The notes under the pieces were generated by a model. The model ran no database searches. It was not told the DNA's origin and was given only the letters and a program-made list of their open reading frames with translations. From contig OX597820.1 of assembly GCA_951406725.2 (NCBI GenBank), positions 7,688,001-7,752,000 of the forward strand: 64,000 bases of DNA, given 5' to 3'. Below, piece by piece: positions 38,650-52,804 of the stretch. The first letter of the stretch is position 1. Each line of letters begins with the position of its first letter. The position numbers and the translations under genes were made by a program. The DNA comes from Octopus vulgaris (taxonomy: Eukaryota).

Positions 38650-38878
38650 TTTCTTTACTGCCCACAAGGGGCTAAACACAGAGGGGACAAACAAGGACAG
38701 ACAAACGGATTAAGTCGATTATATCGACCCCAGTGCGTAACTGGTACTTAATGTATCGACCCCGAAAGGGATGAAAGGCAAAGTCGACCTCGGCGGAATT
38801 TGAACCGAGAACGTAGCGGCAGGCGAAATACCGGTAAGCATTTCGCCCGGCGTTCTAACTTTTTCCCAGCTCGCCACC
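38650..38878 (-). mobile_element. SINE family B
   Basis: Full-length reverse-complement match. Confidence 0.9.
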
Positions 38879-39838
38879 TTTCAGAAATGGGTAGATCGAG
38901 ATATTTAAACAAATTATTAATGTTATCCTCATTCTCACCGGTGTAGGCGGGGAAGGACCTATACGGGTCACGGTCATTATCCTTCATCTTTTGATTAACG
39001 CATAAAAACAAATATTCAGACCATTTCTTTTTTCACATTTCTTCTCGTCACCAAAATGAATAAACAAATATAAAGAAACCGATCAAAGTAAAATATCTTG
39101 ATTTCTGTTTTATTTCCAACTTAATTATCTGTAAAATCCCTTTTCATTTTCAAAGAATATCTTATTTTGCAGAAATATTAGCTGCTGTTTTTTCTTCCTT
39201 ACATTCTTATCTTTCACGATTTCGATTTCATTTGTTGTGACTTTTTCGACTCAGTTTTCGTTTGCTTGCTTACTTTTTTTTTTGCTTTTTTTTTCAATAT
39301 TTATTATGATTCTTTTCCGTTTTGAGTTTCAAGTGATTTTTATAATGCTGTTTTTACCCATCTGCATTTACCAGTTTTTTCTGCTACACATATTCCAGCA
39401 ATGATTATATCTCTTTTTATGATTAATTTCCACTAATATTTAACAGTAAAGTTTTTCGGGTTTTTCCTACTTTATTTTATTACACAATATTCCTTGTTAT
39501 TTTAGTTCATTCATGAAACGTTACATGCAATTTTAATGCCAAAGTTTTCAGTTGATATTCGTGGTAGTTCACGCCATCGATCATAATAAATACGTTTATC
39601 ACATTCCGGCTTGGTTAAAGTTAGTTTCAGAGCTACAGAAAGCTACAGGGATCAACAGTTAGTTTCCTTATTCTTAGTCATTTTCTTTTGTTTGTTTCTG
39701 TTTCAAATAAGTATGGGGGAGGGATTGTCTCTTTAAATCTATCTGCCTTAACTTGTGCCGCTTATACCCTTCCTGGCACACCAATCGTATGCCGTCCTCT
39801 AAAGTTCGTAGTCTCTTACATAATCAAATATAAACCAA

Positions 39839-40189
39839 CTAGCACTATGACCCGGCAACGCCGGGTCACAGTGCCAGTGCATGCATATACAGCTGCGTGC
39901 ATGCACACATACACGTGAGTACTGTCCAAATCTCCGACCAATCACATACAGATAGCTGGCATTCAATTGGCGTATCAAGTTTCGGGCATTTTGATTGGGT
40001 TTTGGATAGAAAATTCACAAAAAAGTCACTTCTATTGATATTTTAATGGCTTTGCAGAGTGACTGAGGAAATGTAAAGATGTGCACGACCACCCTTGGAC
40101 GGTTTTGAATGACCATAGAAAGTGCGAGCTCTCTAACTGAAAAATTGTGGATTTGTATAAAGGACACACACACAGACAGACATTTTGCC

Positions 40190-40200
<11 letters not shown>
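39839..40200 (-). mobile_element. Non-autonomous Helitron
   Basis: Minus 3' end: GC-rich hairpin tgacccggc gtt gccgggtca followed by CTAG|T; 5' region tatataaacggcaaaatgtctgtctgtgtg, with the exact start hidden in (TA)n. Confidence 0.8.
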
Positions 40201-40239
<39 letters not shown>

Positions 40240-40608
40240 CCGTTTATATAACCCACCCCAACCCATCAGTATGAGCCACATTAACAATATTAAACTGCGT
40301 CCGTACAAAGAAGGGAGATAACTCAGAGCACTGAAATATTGTTAGCTGTCATCAGCGGAACCAGGAAATGTGAGAAATGGGAAATTAAAATACTAAGAAT
40401 CCGTCACCATACATTTTAGGAATAATTGTTTATGCTTGATTATCACTGCAGAATCGTTCAGAATTGTCTCCCTTTCTTGCTCACTTAAAAATATTAATTA
40501 ACAACTAATATTTGATAATCACCGTACTTCTCTCTCTTATGATTTTAGTGCTGATGTTGAAATTATTTATACAATATATTCTACACAGTGCTTCATAGTA
40601 ACTATTCC

Positions 40609-40666
<58 letters not shown>

Positions 40667-40731
40667 CTTTTTGCGTAATGAGATAAAAAAAAACAAGGAT
40701 GTATAGATAATAGAGCATTTATAGATAGAAG

Positions 40732-40786
40732 GTCTTACAGCTGTTTCTAGAATATTAATTAATAATAATATCCCTTCATCGGAGAC
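40732..40786 (-). ncRNA. Type I hammerhead motif, U4C core variant
   Basis: Minus: gtct-CCGATGA-a gggatatta..taatattct a-GAAA-CAGCTG-TA-agac; palindrome ACAGCTGT, GUA triplet. Confidence 0.6.
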
Positions 40787-41114
40787 GGTGTGAGAGTAAA
40801 AATTATATATGCAATATAAATTTTTCTGAATCTTCAGATTTTTCAATATGCTAAGCCACTGGTTTTAAGTTGATATTAATCAGATTAATATTCAATTCTT
40901 CACTCTTATTATTTAAATTTAAATAACCATGTTCTCTAACCGGCAAAATGCACTGCAGAGAATTATTTTCTGCAGAATTATTTCCGGTATTTTGGCGCAC
41001 CAAAATGAAGACTTTTGAACTATAACCCCAAATGTAATTGGTAGAACTATATGCATGTTCAATCTCATGCGGATGTTTCGTGTATAGTTCTGCAAATTAT
41101 ATTTTGCTAAGACG

Positions 41115-41185
41115 ATCGAACTGATGAATTGCGGACGTTTACGTAAGTATTACGTAAGTAGTAACAATGAAATCGAATTTTTGAT
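41115..41185 (+). ncRNA. Type I hammerhead ribozyme motif
   Basis: atcgaa-CTGATGA-attg..ttacgtaa gta ttacgtaa..caat-GAAA-TCGAA-TT-tttgat; 6-bp stem I with one GU pair, AUU triplet. Confidence 0.6.
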
Positions 41186-41342
41186 AAATCTTTATATTTT
41201 GTATCTTTTCATTTGTCTCGCTCGCTTACGTTCTGGCGTTTGCTGAATTGTCTTGAGAACAATCTTTTCTTAGTGGTCAGACTATATGGGGGTCTACCTC
41301 TACCATAATGGATGTCCACTTAGTAGTCATCCCTCTTATATG

Positions 41343-41391
<49 letters not shown>

Positions 41392-41764
41392 TTGGAATGA
41401 CATATCATCCGCTCGGATACCGTATTAGTTCTCAATTAAGTTCCAGTTAACGGTTAACCTCAACGAGGCTAAGTATCTAACGTCTGTGATTACATTTAGT
41501 TGTTAATTACTCTGTAAGTTCTTCCGATGGGTAATTCTGTGTTCTCTGCACGGAACAGTAAAAGTTATCTGGAGTGTATATTAATTTATTTTATAGTAAT
41601 AAAGTATATTATAATGACCTACACGTGTTTCCATTGCAGCAACCATTCTCTGTTGCAAATGCATCTCTCCATACTCTTCATTATATATATATAATGTATG
41701 TATGTATGTATGTATGTATGAATGTATGTATGTATGTATGTATGTATGTATGTATGTATGTATG

Positions 41765-41839
<75 letters not shown>

Positions 41840-42776
41840 GTATTTATATGATAATCTAGGTAATAAATTTTTGTCATGAAACCTGTGAAACATCCAGCAG
41901 ATACAACAATGCTTACGATACAAAAGTTGGGAAGTAAGATATTTGGAAGCGAAGTGAAAATCAGTTTTAGGAAGGGAGATTTTAAACATTCGAATTTTTC
42001 AGTTCCTACGCCAATCCTGTCTGTCCTACCACCTCTTCCCTTCTCTATCATCTATCTTTCTATCTATCATTATCTCTTCGTCACGCGCTCACTCTGACAT
42101 CTATGGTTAGTCAAGGCTAGATTGGTTGTTATTTATGAAATGTTATCCGGAAACTGTCTCCGAAGATTAATAATTCTTCAGTAAGATCAACTGATAGCAT
42201 AATTTCGTCTATGACTAAACATGGTAAATGTAGCATTTCTTAAATACATATTTAGTTGTTGTGGGAAAATAAAGGAAAGTAGGATGATTAGGGGAATGGA
42301 AGAGAAGAAAGACAGAGATGATAGAGAGAAGAAGAGAGTCGGCGCGTAGCTATATACGGGTGGTGGTGGGGACAGTGAAAGGAAACGGGTAGATAAGTAA
42401 ATAGTTGTGGCGTTTGAGTAGCAGACAATGTATTTGAATGGTGGGTACAAATGATGGACAGGCGCAATAGGTCGGGTAAAAGTCAGTCTGTGTGTGTCTG
42501 TGTGTGAGTGTGTTAGTAAGTACTAGTGTGTGTATATGGGGGTACGTTAGCTGTATCGTGTGTATAACTGTACTTATGCCTCTGAGGTAAATTAGAAATT
42601 ATTTAAATGGTTGTTGATGATGCAATGAGAGCAGACTATGAGCCCAATATGAAAGTGTTTTGTTGCCGAATGTGCTGTGGTGTAGAATGAGAGTGATTCG
42701 AAGAGTGTAAAATGGTTTTGGGTGGGACTTGTGCAGTTGAAAAGTTTGCCACGAGTTAAAAATGTATATAGATATA

Positions 42777-43002
42777 TTTCTTTATTGCCCACAAGGGGCT
42801 AAACATAGAGGGGACAAACAAGAACAGACAAAGGGATTAAGTGTCGATTACATCGACCCCCAGTGGGAGACTGGTACTTTATTTATCGACCCCGAAAGGA
42901 TGAAAGGTAAAGTCGACCACGGCGGAATTTGAACTCAGAACGTAACGACAGACGAAATACGGCTACGCATTTCGCCCGGCGTGCTAACGTTTCTGCCAGT
43001 TC
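42777..43002 (-). mobile_element. SINE family B
   Basis: Reverse-complement match. Confidence 0.9.
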
Positions 43003-43587
43003 AACAGGCGCCGTCGATGTGGCAAGCAGCCGAAACCAGCGACTGCACAGCAATTCTCATGCCTTACAACCAAATTTTAGAATCGATAGAGTGCAAGATA
43101 AAATATCCAGTGTTATTCACCTACCTCACTGGATATCTGAGTTCGAATTCTGCCAGAGACAGCTCTGTATTTCATCCTTTGGAGTCGATAGCGTAAGTTA
43201 GAATCGATAAAACCTCGTCTACCCGCCAAAAATATCTGTTCTGACGCTAGTTATAGCAAAGATTCAACTGTCTACGTCCATATATGTTGGCCTTATCATG
43301 TGCCGTGTAATACTTGTTATCATTACAACGTACACTACAATATAATCCACTTAAGTGTTCATATTATATACAAATGTAATAGAAAATGACATAGATTTCA
43401 TGATAGACATAATATTAGATATTTCTCTCGGTCGCTTCAACTGCTCTGAGCATTATGAAATACGTAGTTTATGAAATATGTAGTTTTTCTCCACAGGAAT
43501 ATTTAGTATATATATCTAAACATTAGTTTCTACATCTAACTAACTAGCTTACTAACTAGCTATATATATATATATAGATATAGATAT

Positions 43588-43662
<75 letters not shown>

Positions 43663-43687
43663 CACATATATATTTATATATATATAT

Positions 43688-43776
<89 letters not shown>

Positions 43777-43925
43777 AATGGATGTATAAATTATCCTTTG
43801 TTTACCGTTAACATGGAAAATTCAATAAACAGTTACCAGGGTACCAAAATTCACGCAAGTAACACGGATGAAACGACCTAATGAAAGGTAGAAACTCCGG
43901 GTTAATGTGCAGTAATTTGTGTATT

Positions 43926-44008
43926 ATAAGTAAATAAATGGAGTTTAACGAAGTCGAAAGTAAAAGAATTTTAATAACATCTTCGTTCAACTCCATTTAT
44001 TTACTTAT
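43926..44008. repeat. 28-bp inverted repeat in a short element near a (TA)n tract
   Basis: ataagtaaataaatggagtttaacgaag / cttcgttcaactccatttatttacttat (1 mismatch). Confidence 0.85.
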
Positions 44009-44218
44009 ATGTATATATGATCAGACTGACACACTAACTCAGAAAGTGACCACGAGAATGACAGATGTACATCTCGACGTGGTTGCGGTGTGTCAGGGGC
44101 CACTTGATTCCGTCTGTGTATCATATTGTAAAGTTAGTAAAGGGACCTTGTTTTTTGGGAAGCATTCTACACCCTCCGGCTTTTGAACTATATTAGTGTA
44201 TTAAATATGTTGTGTACC

Positions 44219-44431
44219 CTTTATATTCTTTCATTCTTTCAGTCGTGAGACTGCAGGCACACTGGGGCAGCACATTGAAGAATTTTAGTCGAACTAGTTG
44301 ACCCCTAGTAATTCCATTTCTTAAGCTTGGTACTTACTTTATCGATCCCTTTGCCGAACCACTATTCTACGTGGACATAAACACACTACACCGGGTTGTC
44401 AAGCAGTATTGGGACACACACACACACACAT

Positions 44432-44500
<69 letters not shown>

Positions 44501-44558
44501 CCCAAAGTGGGACTGAACCCGGAGGCATGTGGTTGGGAGTCAGTCATTTACTGTGCCT
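44219..44558 (-). mobile_element. SINE family A, old and internally deleted
   Basis: Tail and head motifs are recognisable (gggactgaacccgga). Confidence 0.7.
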
Positions 44559-44865
44559 ATATAAAGATTTAATCTTGAGTTGGTTCTATTGCATAATTTC
44601 AATATATGTGTGTGTGTATGTGTTCATGTATGTATGTATGTATGTATGTATGTATGTATGTATGTATGTATGTATTCGTGAATAGAAGCGCAAAGCAGTG
44701 GCTGAGAGGAAAACAAACTCGCTACCAGTTGAAATGGATTTGAGAGATATTTGAACCCGTAAAACATTTTCACATCAGTTTTGTCATGAAGAAAATTTCT
44801 GATTTATCATGATAAAATATTAAAACGTCATAATCAACTCAAAGCTCTCTCTTTTTAGGCTGATA

Positions 44866-44903
44866 GATGCATACATTTCGAGCCGTTAGTTCTCATCAGC
44901 ATC
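44866..44903 (-). ncRNA. Degenerate minimal hammerhead between two about 125-bp direct repeats (44674-44800 and 45000-45125)
   Basis: Minus: gatg-CTGATGA-gaac taacg gctc-GAAA-TGTA-TG-catc; G at position 17. Confidence 0.45.
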
Positions 44904-45829
44904 AGACACCAAAAGAAAGGCAATTCTTACTTGACTGGAAAGTGAAGTTCATTTTCATATCAAATCAATCGACGCATTTTGGCCGCCATGTCGCAACAAA
45001 TTCGTGAATAGATGCGCTCTGTAATGACTAAAAGTAAACTAACTTAAGGCCAGTTCCAATGAGTTTCAGAGGTATTCGAACTCGTAAAAGGCTTTTCGCT
45101 GCAGTTTGTCATGGAGAAGAATTTTTACTTGGGGCAAAGAAAACTCTCTTGATTTGACCCCTTTTCTCTTTTGCCTTACGCAAGTATTTCTTATTTGTTG
45201 CTCGCAATTTCTTGAGGCAATAATATTTTTTAAGAAAAATACTTAAGCAACAATAAATTCACAATACCAAGACGTCAGATAGCACCGATGTTACTGCTAT
45301 TTTCTAAATTTTAATGTGTATAACTTTAGATGAAATGAAAAATATCCTTATTGAGTGAGATACAATGAACCTCATCTGAGTGCTCAATATAAAATACATT
45401 CCCGTTACTTAAGTTTCAATATGATTGTTGAAGGAACAGTGTTTTAATGTGCATTAACAGGCCCAGGTAATATTATCCACAGAGTTTGCAAGTCGTTATT
45501 GGTTTTTACATGAGCCTTGATGCACATATTATGTCATTGAAAGTAAATTCATCTATTTCCATTCATAGCGTTCATATGCATATGTGTGTGTGTGTGTCTT
45601 ATGTAAATATAACACATAAAGAGACGGAAACACGCATAAAACATGCATACATATACGTCAATGCTCCTACCTTAGTATATATAATATGATACTGATGAGA
45701 CTACATACGCATGTGCATGCATGTGTGTATATGTGTATCACTATATATGCATCAATGTGTGCGCTTATATAATCTTTCATAATTATATATATATATCATC
45801 TTATATCATCTTTCATAATTATACACACA

Positions 45830-45881
<52 letters not shown>

Positions 45882-46016
45882 AGCATTTATGCATGTTTGA
45901 GTGATTGTGTGTATGTGTGTGTGTGTAAGTAGATATAATATGCTCAAACTTATTAACAATTAAATTTTAAATATACATATATGCATGCGTGATTGTGTGT
46001 ATAAATGCGCGCGCGA

Positions 46017-46049
<33 letters not shown>

Positions 46050-46367
46050 TGTTGTATATAATATGAAGAACGAGAAAGTGTTTAATAAAATTAAAAAAAT
46101 TCAAGTGAAAGAAGGGTTTCCATTTGAGAAATTTAAATACTTTAAGTAGAAATAAATATTGTAAAACAAAAAAAAAACGCAAAATAATTTGCTTCAATTT
46201 AAATATGAAATTCCGTGAAGACGTTTTGGATTCTTAATAGATTTTTGCCATTCTTGTCTACAGAAGTTGCTACAGATTGTGCACTGTGTTATCATCAACT
46301 GCTAGAAAAATTCAAGTATCTATTGTGTGATATATATTTATACACATTAAAGCACCATAGTATAGAC

Positions 46368-46466
<99 letters not shown>

Positions 46467-47019
46467 AATATATATAAGTAGGTAGATACTTTATTTTAAG
46501 CAGCAGAAAATTCAACAAAACCTGTTACTCTGAGTTTCCCGTTGCCGTTCATCGGACAGTTTTTGCTAGAAAAAGCAGGTAGATAGGTAGATAGAAAAAC
46601 ATATAAGTAGCTGGATAAATAGATATGTACATATGTGCATACATGCATACATACATACATACATACATACATACACACATACACACATACATACATACAT
46701 ACATACATACATACATACATACATACATACATACATAGACATATGTGTATACAGTCAAATCTTCGATGAAGTTTTTCTCCACATGGTGAGTTTTAGTGAA
46801 AGATATAATAGAATAAAAATGCACAGAATGTGTGTGTGTTTGTATGCGCATGTGTGTGTGTGCGTGTGTGTGTGTGTATTAAGGCTACCATTGGTTTCAT
46901 GTTAAGAAAAATATTTTAGTATCTTAACAAATTCGAAGCCGATTACAGGAAGAAATAGTGTTTGTCTCCATTTTAGATGAAAACACGAAAGGTCTCGGGA
47001 AAAGACTCAGGAATTCACG

Positions 47020-47830
47020 AAACATCTCGTAAGGAAAACAAGAAATGAAGAGTTGCTACTCTTGGATGACATTTTCAAGTGATTACCTCCCTTGGTTTTG
47101 ACTTGGGTGGGGGAAATGTATTGAATGCTGAATTTGTTTGCATTATATTATATCATATTCTGGGTGTTCATGTGTTTGTATGCCGAAGGAGTTCATCAGA
47201 GGGAATGTTTCTTCTATGTGTGGAGTTCGTGTGTTGTATATATTTAATGTTGATGTTCAGGGAAAGAAACTATTCTCGTGGGGTTGGTGGCGCGGGTGGT
47301 GGTTCCTCTTTGAAATGCCTGAGTGTGAAATATTGCTTGTGTTTGCAGGGAGAGACGGCTTCATCCTTAATATTTAAGATGGTATCTATTGACTCCATGA
47401 TATTTAGCTTTTCAGTGATACAGAGCTCACATTTGGTACACCATCAGTATTTTCTGGTTTTAGCAATGATGCTCCCTCATCCAAGAGTACGAAACATTTT
47501 GTGAATTTCCGAGGTATTTCCCGAATTTTTTGCGTTTCCATCCAAAATAGAGACAAACGCCATCCCTCCATGTGATCGGCTTAAAAAAAATTAAGATACA
47601 AAGTTTCTTTTCTAAACATAAAATCAATGCTAGCGTAATACTCAAATAAAGAAATTTTATACTCCAATGCGGTGTTGAGCACTCATTCTCGTCGTATATA
47701 TGTGGGATAAGATATTTATATAGTCGACCGGTTTCGCATATGCTAAACATATCTAAGAAATTAGTAACAATATTACAATTTCATACTATCATAAGTTTTC
47801 ATTCTATATTATTAGGAGCAAATGCTTTTG
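47020..47830 (-). mobile_element. Penelope-like element C-terminal remnant
   Basis: KCELCITEKLNIM..ILNIKDEAVSPCKHKQYFTL resembles the PLE C-terminal C.LC..EK..I....LN...E....C.H motif. Confidence 0.7.
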
Positions 47831-48407
47831 ATAATGAATCAGGAGACAAATACATTTTAAGGGAGGTAATCAGTAATTGTTATTATTAGAAGCAAGGGAA
47901 GGTAATCACACTCTTTTGGGGGAAGGTGAATTGATTATATTTAGTTTAAGAAGTCATGAATTTATGAATTAAAACATTAACAAAAACGAAAATTAGTTAT
48001 ATTTTCATATCCAGGCGCTGTTGGTATTTTCTTCATTTAACCGTTGGTGTATAGAAATTGTTTCACTGCTTTGATAAAGAGGGAAATTTTTGAAGTTTTG
48101 GTTGGATATAATTTCACATCTGTCACTATTTCTTTTTTAGTAATTTCGGTTGTTCTTTTTGTTTGTTTTGTTTGTTTGTTTTTAATTTTGTTGAATTTGT
48201 TTGTTAGTAGTTTTTGGTTCATCCTGGTGTCTCCAGTAAACAGATGTAAATTTTGAATAATAGCGTTGTATGTCTCATTGTTTCTAGGGCTGCATGTAGA
48301 AATATAGGGTATGGATAGATAGATGGATGGAGGAATCGATAGATACACATATTTAGGCAGATATAAATCGATAAACAGACAGATACACAGATAGATACAC
48401 AGTTATG

Positions 48408-48690
48408 TTTCTTTATTAGCCACACAGGGCTGCACACAGACGGGACAGATTACAAAGTAGAGCTTTTCTTTGGGGGGAGACAAAACTAAAAGGTGGGTTA
48501 GGTTTTCGATCAAAAGGGACCGTAAAAGAGAAAGAAGAAAATAATACAAAAACAGGAAAAGAAACAAAGGAAAAAAACGATCAATAGGGATCGTGTATCA
48601 CAGTGTCATGATGTAAAGTGTAAAGGGGGAAGCAGATAAGGTTTATCCGTGGAAAGAAAAGCCTACGGAAAAGACCACGGTAACCTCGGT
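48408..48690 (-). mobile_element. Family F retroposon 3'UTR fragment
   Basis: Homologous to 6703-6966. Confidence 0.65.
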
Positions 48691-48722
48691 CAATATTGTT
48701 ACATGTTACCACCTTTGTTTGC

Positions 48723-48776
<54 letters not shown>

Positions 48777-50571
48777 TTATGTACATACATAATACATACA
48801 TACACACATACATACATACATGCATACACACATACATACTTGCATACAAATATACATATATACATACTTATAAATGTACACACACATATGCCTAAGTGTT
48901 CTGCTCCCTAACATCCCCCACTCCCCACCCCATTGCCTAGTCAATGCAAAACTAAAAGGAGTTTTTCGTGTATTTAGTATTTCACTACATTAATGTCTTT
49001 CTATGATGAGGACCGTTAAATTTGGACATAATTTCAGATGTTTATAAAGAAGGTCTGTCATACCTTTCCATGTTTATCATTAAAATCCCTTATCTCTGTC
49101 AGCCGTTTGGTGCCAGGCCAGCATTACAAGACTATGCTTCACTCATCAGCTCAAAGAATACTGAAACTAGTCTATAGTTTTCACTGTTTCTACCAAAAAT
49201 CAAACACCCTCCCGACCCCATTCCTACTTCCAATTTTCAATAAATTTTATTTAGAATAACGACAGGGATTATCCCCCTTGCCAGTCTTGACCAGATTCAA
49301 CCTTCAGAATAGTGATTAGTTCTCCTCACTATGGGTATAATTATTAATTAATTCCAATATATTGGCTTTTTGTTCTATCCTCTATGATAGCACTGACTTA
49401 TCAATCATAGACACACTGCCGATTCTTAATTATGTTGGCAGTCAAAGGAATTACTTTCTCTAAGTAGGGGTTACATATTTACTTATACGTCTCTGTTTTG
49501 GAAGAGGTGGGAGGCGATGTAGAAATGCAATGGTGTTTGTGTTGGAGAGAGAGACAGAGAGAGGTGGGTCGGTTAGAAAGTCGTTTTCAGAGCCGAATTG
49601 TGTATTTAATGATCTTTTCGAAAGAGAACAACTGCCGAGATTCTAATAATGGTTTTCTATTGATTTGAAACGATATCAAGTATTTAAAATGTTTGTACTT
49701 GTAACTAAAATGCACATCTATCAGTTGTTTTGTCCTGTAGCTTCTTCTATAAGGTGTTCAGAGGTGGGCGATCAATTCGTGCAAGCGAACATGATACTCT
49801 AAGCCTCATGTGATTTAATTTATCAAGTCTACGTGATGGCTTATATGTGTTGGTGGTGGTGGTCGTGGGTTCAACTGATAATGTTGTTGTTATTGCGGTT
49901 GTTTGGTCTTAGCATTGATCACGAAAATCTATGATGTAAGACTTTCTACCGCAAGCATCTTGTCTGTCTTGTTAAAACATAGTTTATCTTGGACTACATA
50001 AGCCAATGAGTTTCTTTTTTTTTTAAACACATTCATGAGAAATACGAGATTGATTTAGCTGCTATTTCTAACAGGTCGGGCAATGACATGGATGCTCCGT
50101 GTCGCTCGTCGTTGTTCTTTGTTATTTAACTCCAGGTCACCTATGATGGAACAGACCAATTATCATCCGTGACCATCCCTCATTTATGTACGCTGTATGA
50201 TTACACAAGTTTATAACTCCAGGCATTGCTGACCTGAAAACATTCCAATGCGTCCTTCCTGTTTAAATGCAATAAGACGTGATTGGCGGACGTTTTACAG
50301 CTATTTCTAGCAATTGTAACGTAGTGATTCAAAGGTTATCATAGGAAACAAGAGTTTATTCTATGGCATCTGCTTGTTTTAAAGCGGTAACACAGCCCGG
50401 TAGGTTTCTATATGTTTGTAAGTTCGTATGTTAGTAGACTGCACGTAAGTATAGACTGACAGACAGACACACAGACAGATAGATAGTTCAAATTTATAGA
50501 AAACAAAAGACGAAGACAGGTGTATGAGCAACAATCAAGTGTATTAGTTTAACAGTCAGGAAAAATGAAAG

Positions 50572-50609
50572 TCTTTTACGTTTCGAGCCTACGCTCTTCG
50601 GCAGAAAGA
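50572..50609 (-). ncRNA. Minimal hammerhead-like motif, variant core (same family as 7451-7488)
   Basis: Minus: tcttt-CTGCCGAA-GAGC gtag GCTC-GAAA-CG-TA-aaaga. Confidence 0.5.
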
Positions 50610-50697
50610 AGGAATAAGAGGAGATACTTAGAAAGAGAAGGAAAATAAATTGTGTAGAGTTCAGCGGTCCAACGTGGAGATTATATATATATATATA

Positions 50698-50907
50698 AAG
50701 CTCAGCAAAATTTAGATTCAGATGAATATGGTACTTAAGTTAAAGGCACCTGAATTTTGTATGGTATTATCCATATAAATCAAACGGGGTGATTATAATC
50801 AAAATAAGCAACAAGGATATCCAAGGTAGAGTAGTACAATTGTTTCATGCTACTTCATTTTATTAAACAAAGTGTTTAATAAAATGAAGTAGCATGAAAC
50901 AATTGTA
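50698..50907. mobile_element. Foldback element in (TA)n with perfect 35-bp arms (50835-50869 and 50873-50907)
   Basis: Exact palindrome ending GAAACAATTGTA; flank homologous to 25490-25590. Confidence 0.85.
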
Positions 50908-50917
50908 TATATATTTA

Positions 50918-51136
50918 TACCAGGAGTACTCAAAAATAAACCAGAATTTTGCAATATTACTTTATTCACTTCGTTTTACATGTTTAGACTTGTATCGCCT
51001 TCAGAGTGTTCTCCATTTGAAGCAATGCATTTGTCCAAGCGCGTTTTCCACGGTTCGAGGTAGTGCTGGAAATTCTGCGAAATGATGCCAATAAACGCCT
51101 CCGTCGTTTTAGTCTACACCTCTTCCACATCTGCAG
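50918..51136 (-). mobile_element. mariner transposase 3' remnant with TIR-like end
   Basis: Minus ADVEEV..FQHYLEPWKTRLDKCIASNGEHSEG resembles the mariner W..R..KC....G.YFE C-terminus; the end is TA-flanked (taccaggagtactcaaaa). Confidence 0.7.
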
Positions 51137-51171
51137 ATCCCGTAGCGCCCGCTTTCGTCACCAGTGATGAC

Positions 51172-51208
<37 letters not shown>

Positions 51209-51694
51209 TCATTAAGAATGAAATGTCCGATTTTTATGAGACAAGACTGCACCCACTTTCTAAAATTCTATTTAAAAAGAAATGTCGATGGTTGAGGAGG
51301 TGTTATTATTATTATTCAGTAGTTTTATTTTTATAGCGTGCTTTCACTTCACTACCGAGCGCAGCTCTGTGTGTCTTCGGTATGTGATGTGATTTGTTGT
51401 GATGCTCTGCTGGTTACTGTATTGAAAGTGTTCTGCGTAGGATGTGTGCAGTGCCTAGTAATGCATTTTATATGTATATGTTGTTGTGTTTTCGTTATTT
51501 GGTTAGAGCACTGCTGTAAAGTAAGCGTGTAGGATAGAAATGTATTCCTCACGTGTCCATTTATACCTTTTTGGTTTTATTTGCGGGACATGAGGAACAG
51601 CGTCCGGCCCATTGTTTTGACGGTCGTCATTTTCGTAGGGTACCGGTCCGTTCATTTCTGTTGTCACATTGTTTTGAATATTATTATTATTATT

Positions 51695-52200
51695 GAGTGA
51701 GAGAGCAGTTCATGCCATCAAAGTGACACTGGGGTAAAATATACGAAGCCCAATATACCCATCATGACTACCCGTCTGATAAAGGTACACCAGGCACATG
51801 CATCACAACCATATGTGCGCGACATGGTGATCTCATATCAAGATAAACAGCACATGACCTTGCAGGTGGGGCCCAGTTAGAATTTTCTTCAGGTTGAGTA
51901 GCCCATCCCGCTCAAAAGGTCCCTGAATAAGGGTTATTTAAGGATGTTGAAAGAACCACCCATGTTTCCAGAGGTGAACTATTCAAACCCCAAAGAATCC
52001 CTCTCAACACATGGCTATGATGCTCCCCCACTACTTCTGCTCGTGATCAGAGATGCACATATCATCAGCCACTAAGGGACATGCTCAACTGGTTACGGTC
52101 AAACAACTGATAAGCAAATCTGTGGTATTGAGCAGAATATTTGCTGTAGCCCATCTTTTATACCAAGACAAAACAATGTACATGATAACACTTCCAATCA
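51695..52200 (-). mobile_element. Family D retroposon in (TTA)n
   Basis: High identity to 33574-34128, truncated at its 5' end. Confidence 0.85.
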
Positions 52201-52307
<107 letters not shown>

Positions 52308-52574
52308 TATCATTATTCAAATTCCGCCGATGTCGATTTTGCCTTTCATCTTTTCGGTGTCGATAAATTAAGTACCAGTGAAATACTAGGGTCGATATAA
52401 TCGACCAGTCCCCTCCCGCCAAATTTATGCCTTCAGTAGAAAGGACTGTTGTTGTTGTTATTAATCCCCATTGAGTGTGACCTTTTCGCTGATTTTTTAG
52501 TCTCGACTTTATTTCAAGCATAACCAAACGATACTTCTGTCACTAGAGTACTTGCCAATAAAGGTATTAGTTAA

Positions 52575-52804
52575 GGCGGCGAGCTGGCAGAAACGTTAGC
52601 ACGCCGGGCGAAATGCTTAGCGGTATTTCGTCTGTCGTTACGTTGTGAGTTCAAATTCCGCCGAGGTCGACTTTGCCTTTCATCCTTTCGGGGTCGATAA
52701 ATTAAGTACCAGTTACGCACTGGGGTCGATGTAATCGACTTAATCCGTTTGTCTGTCCTTGTTTGTCCCCTCTATGTTTAGCCCCTTGTGGGTAATAAAG
52801 AAAT
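52575..52804 (+). mobile_element. SINE family B with 12-bp TSD
   Basis: aggtattagtta at 52562-52573 and 52805-52816. Confidence 0.95.

Noticed and set aside
45693-45705. Isolated CTGATGAG; similar isolated cores at 18884, 40350, 47194 and 49143
   Set aside because: No convincing stem I plus GAAA/UH partner; expected by chance or too decayed to call.
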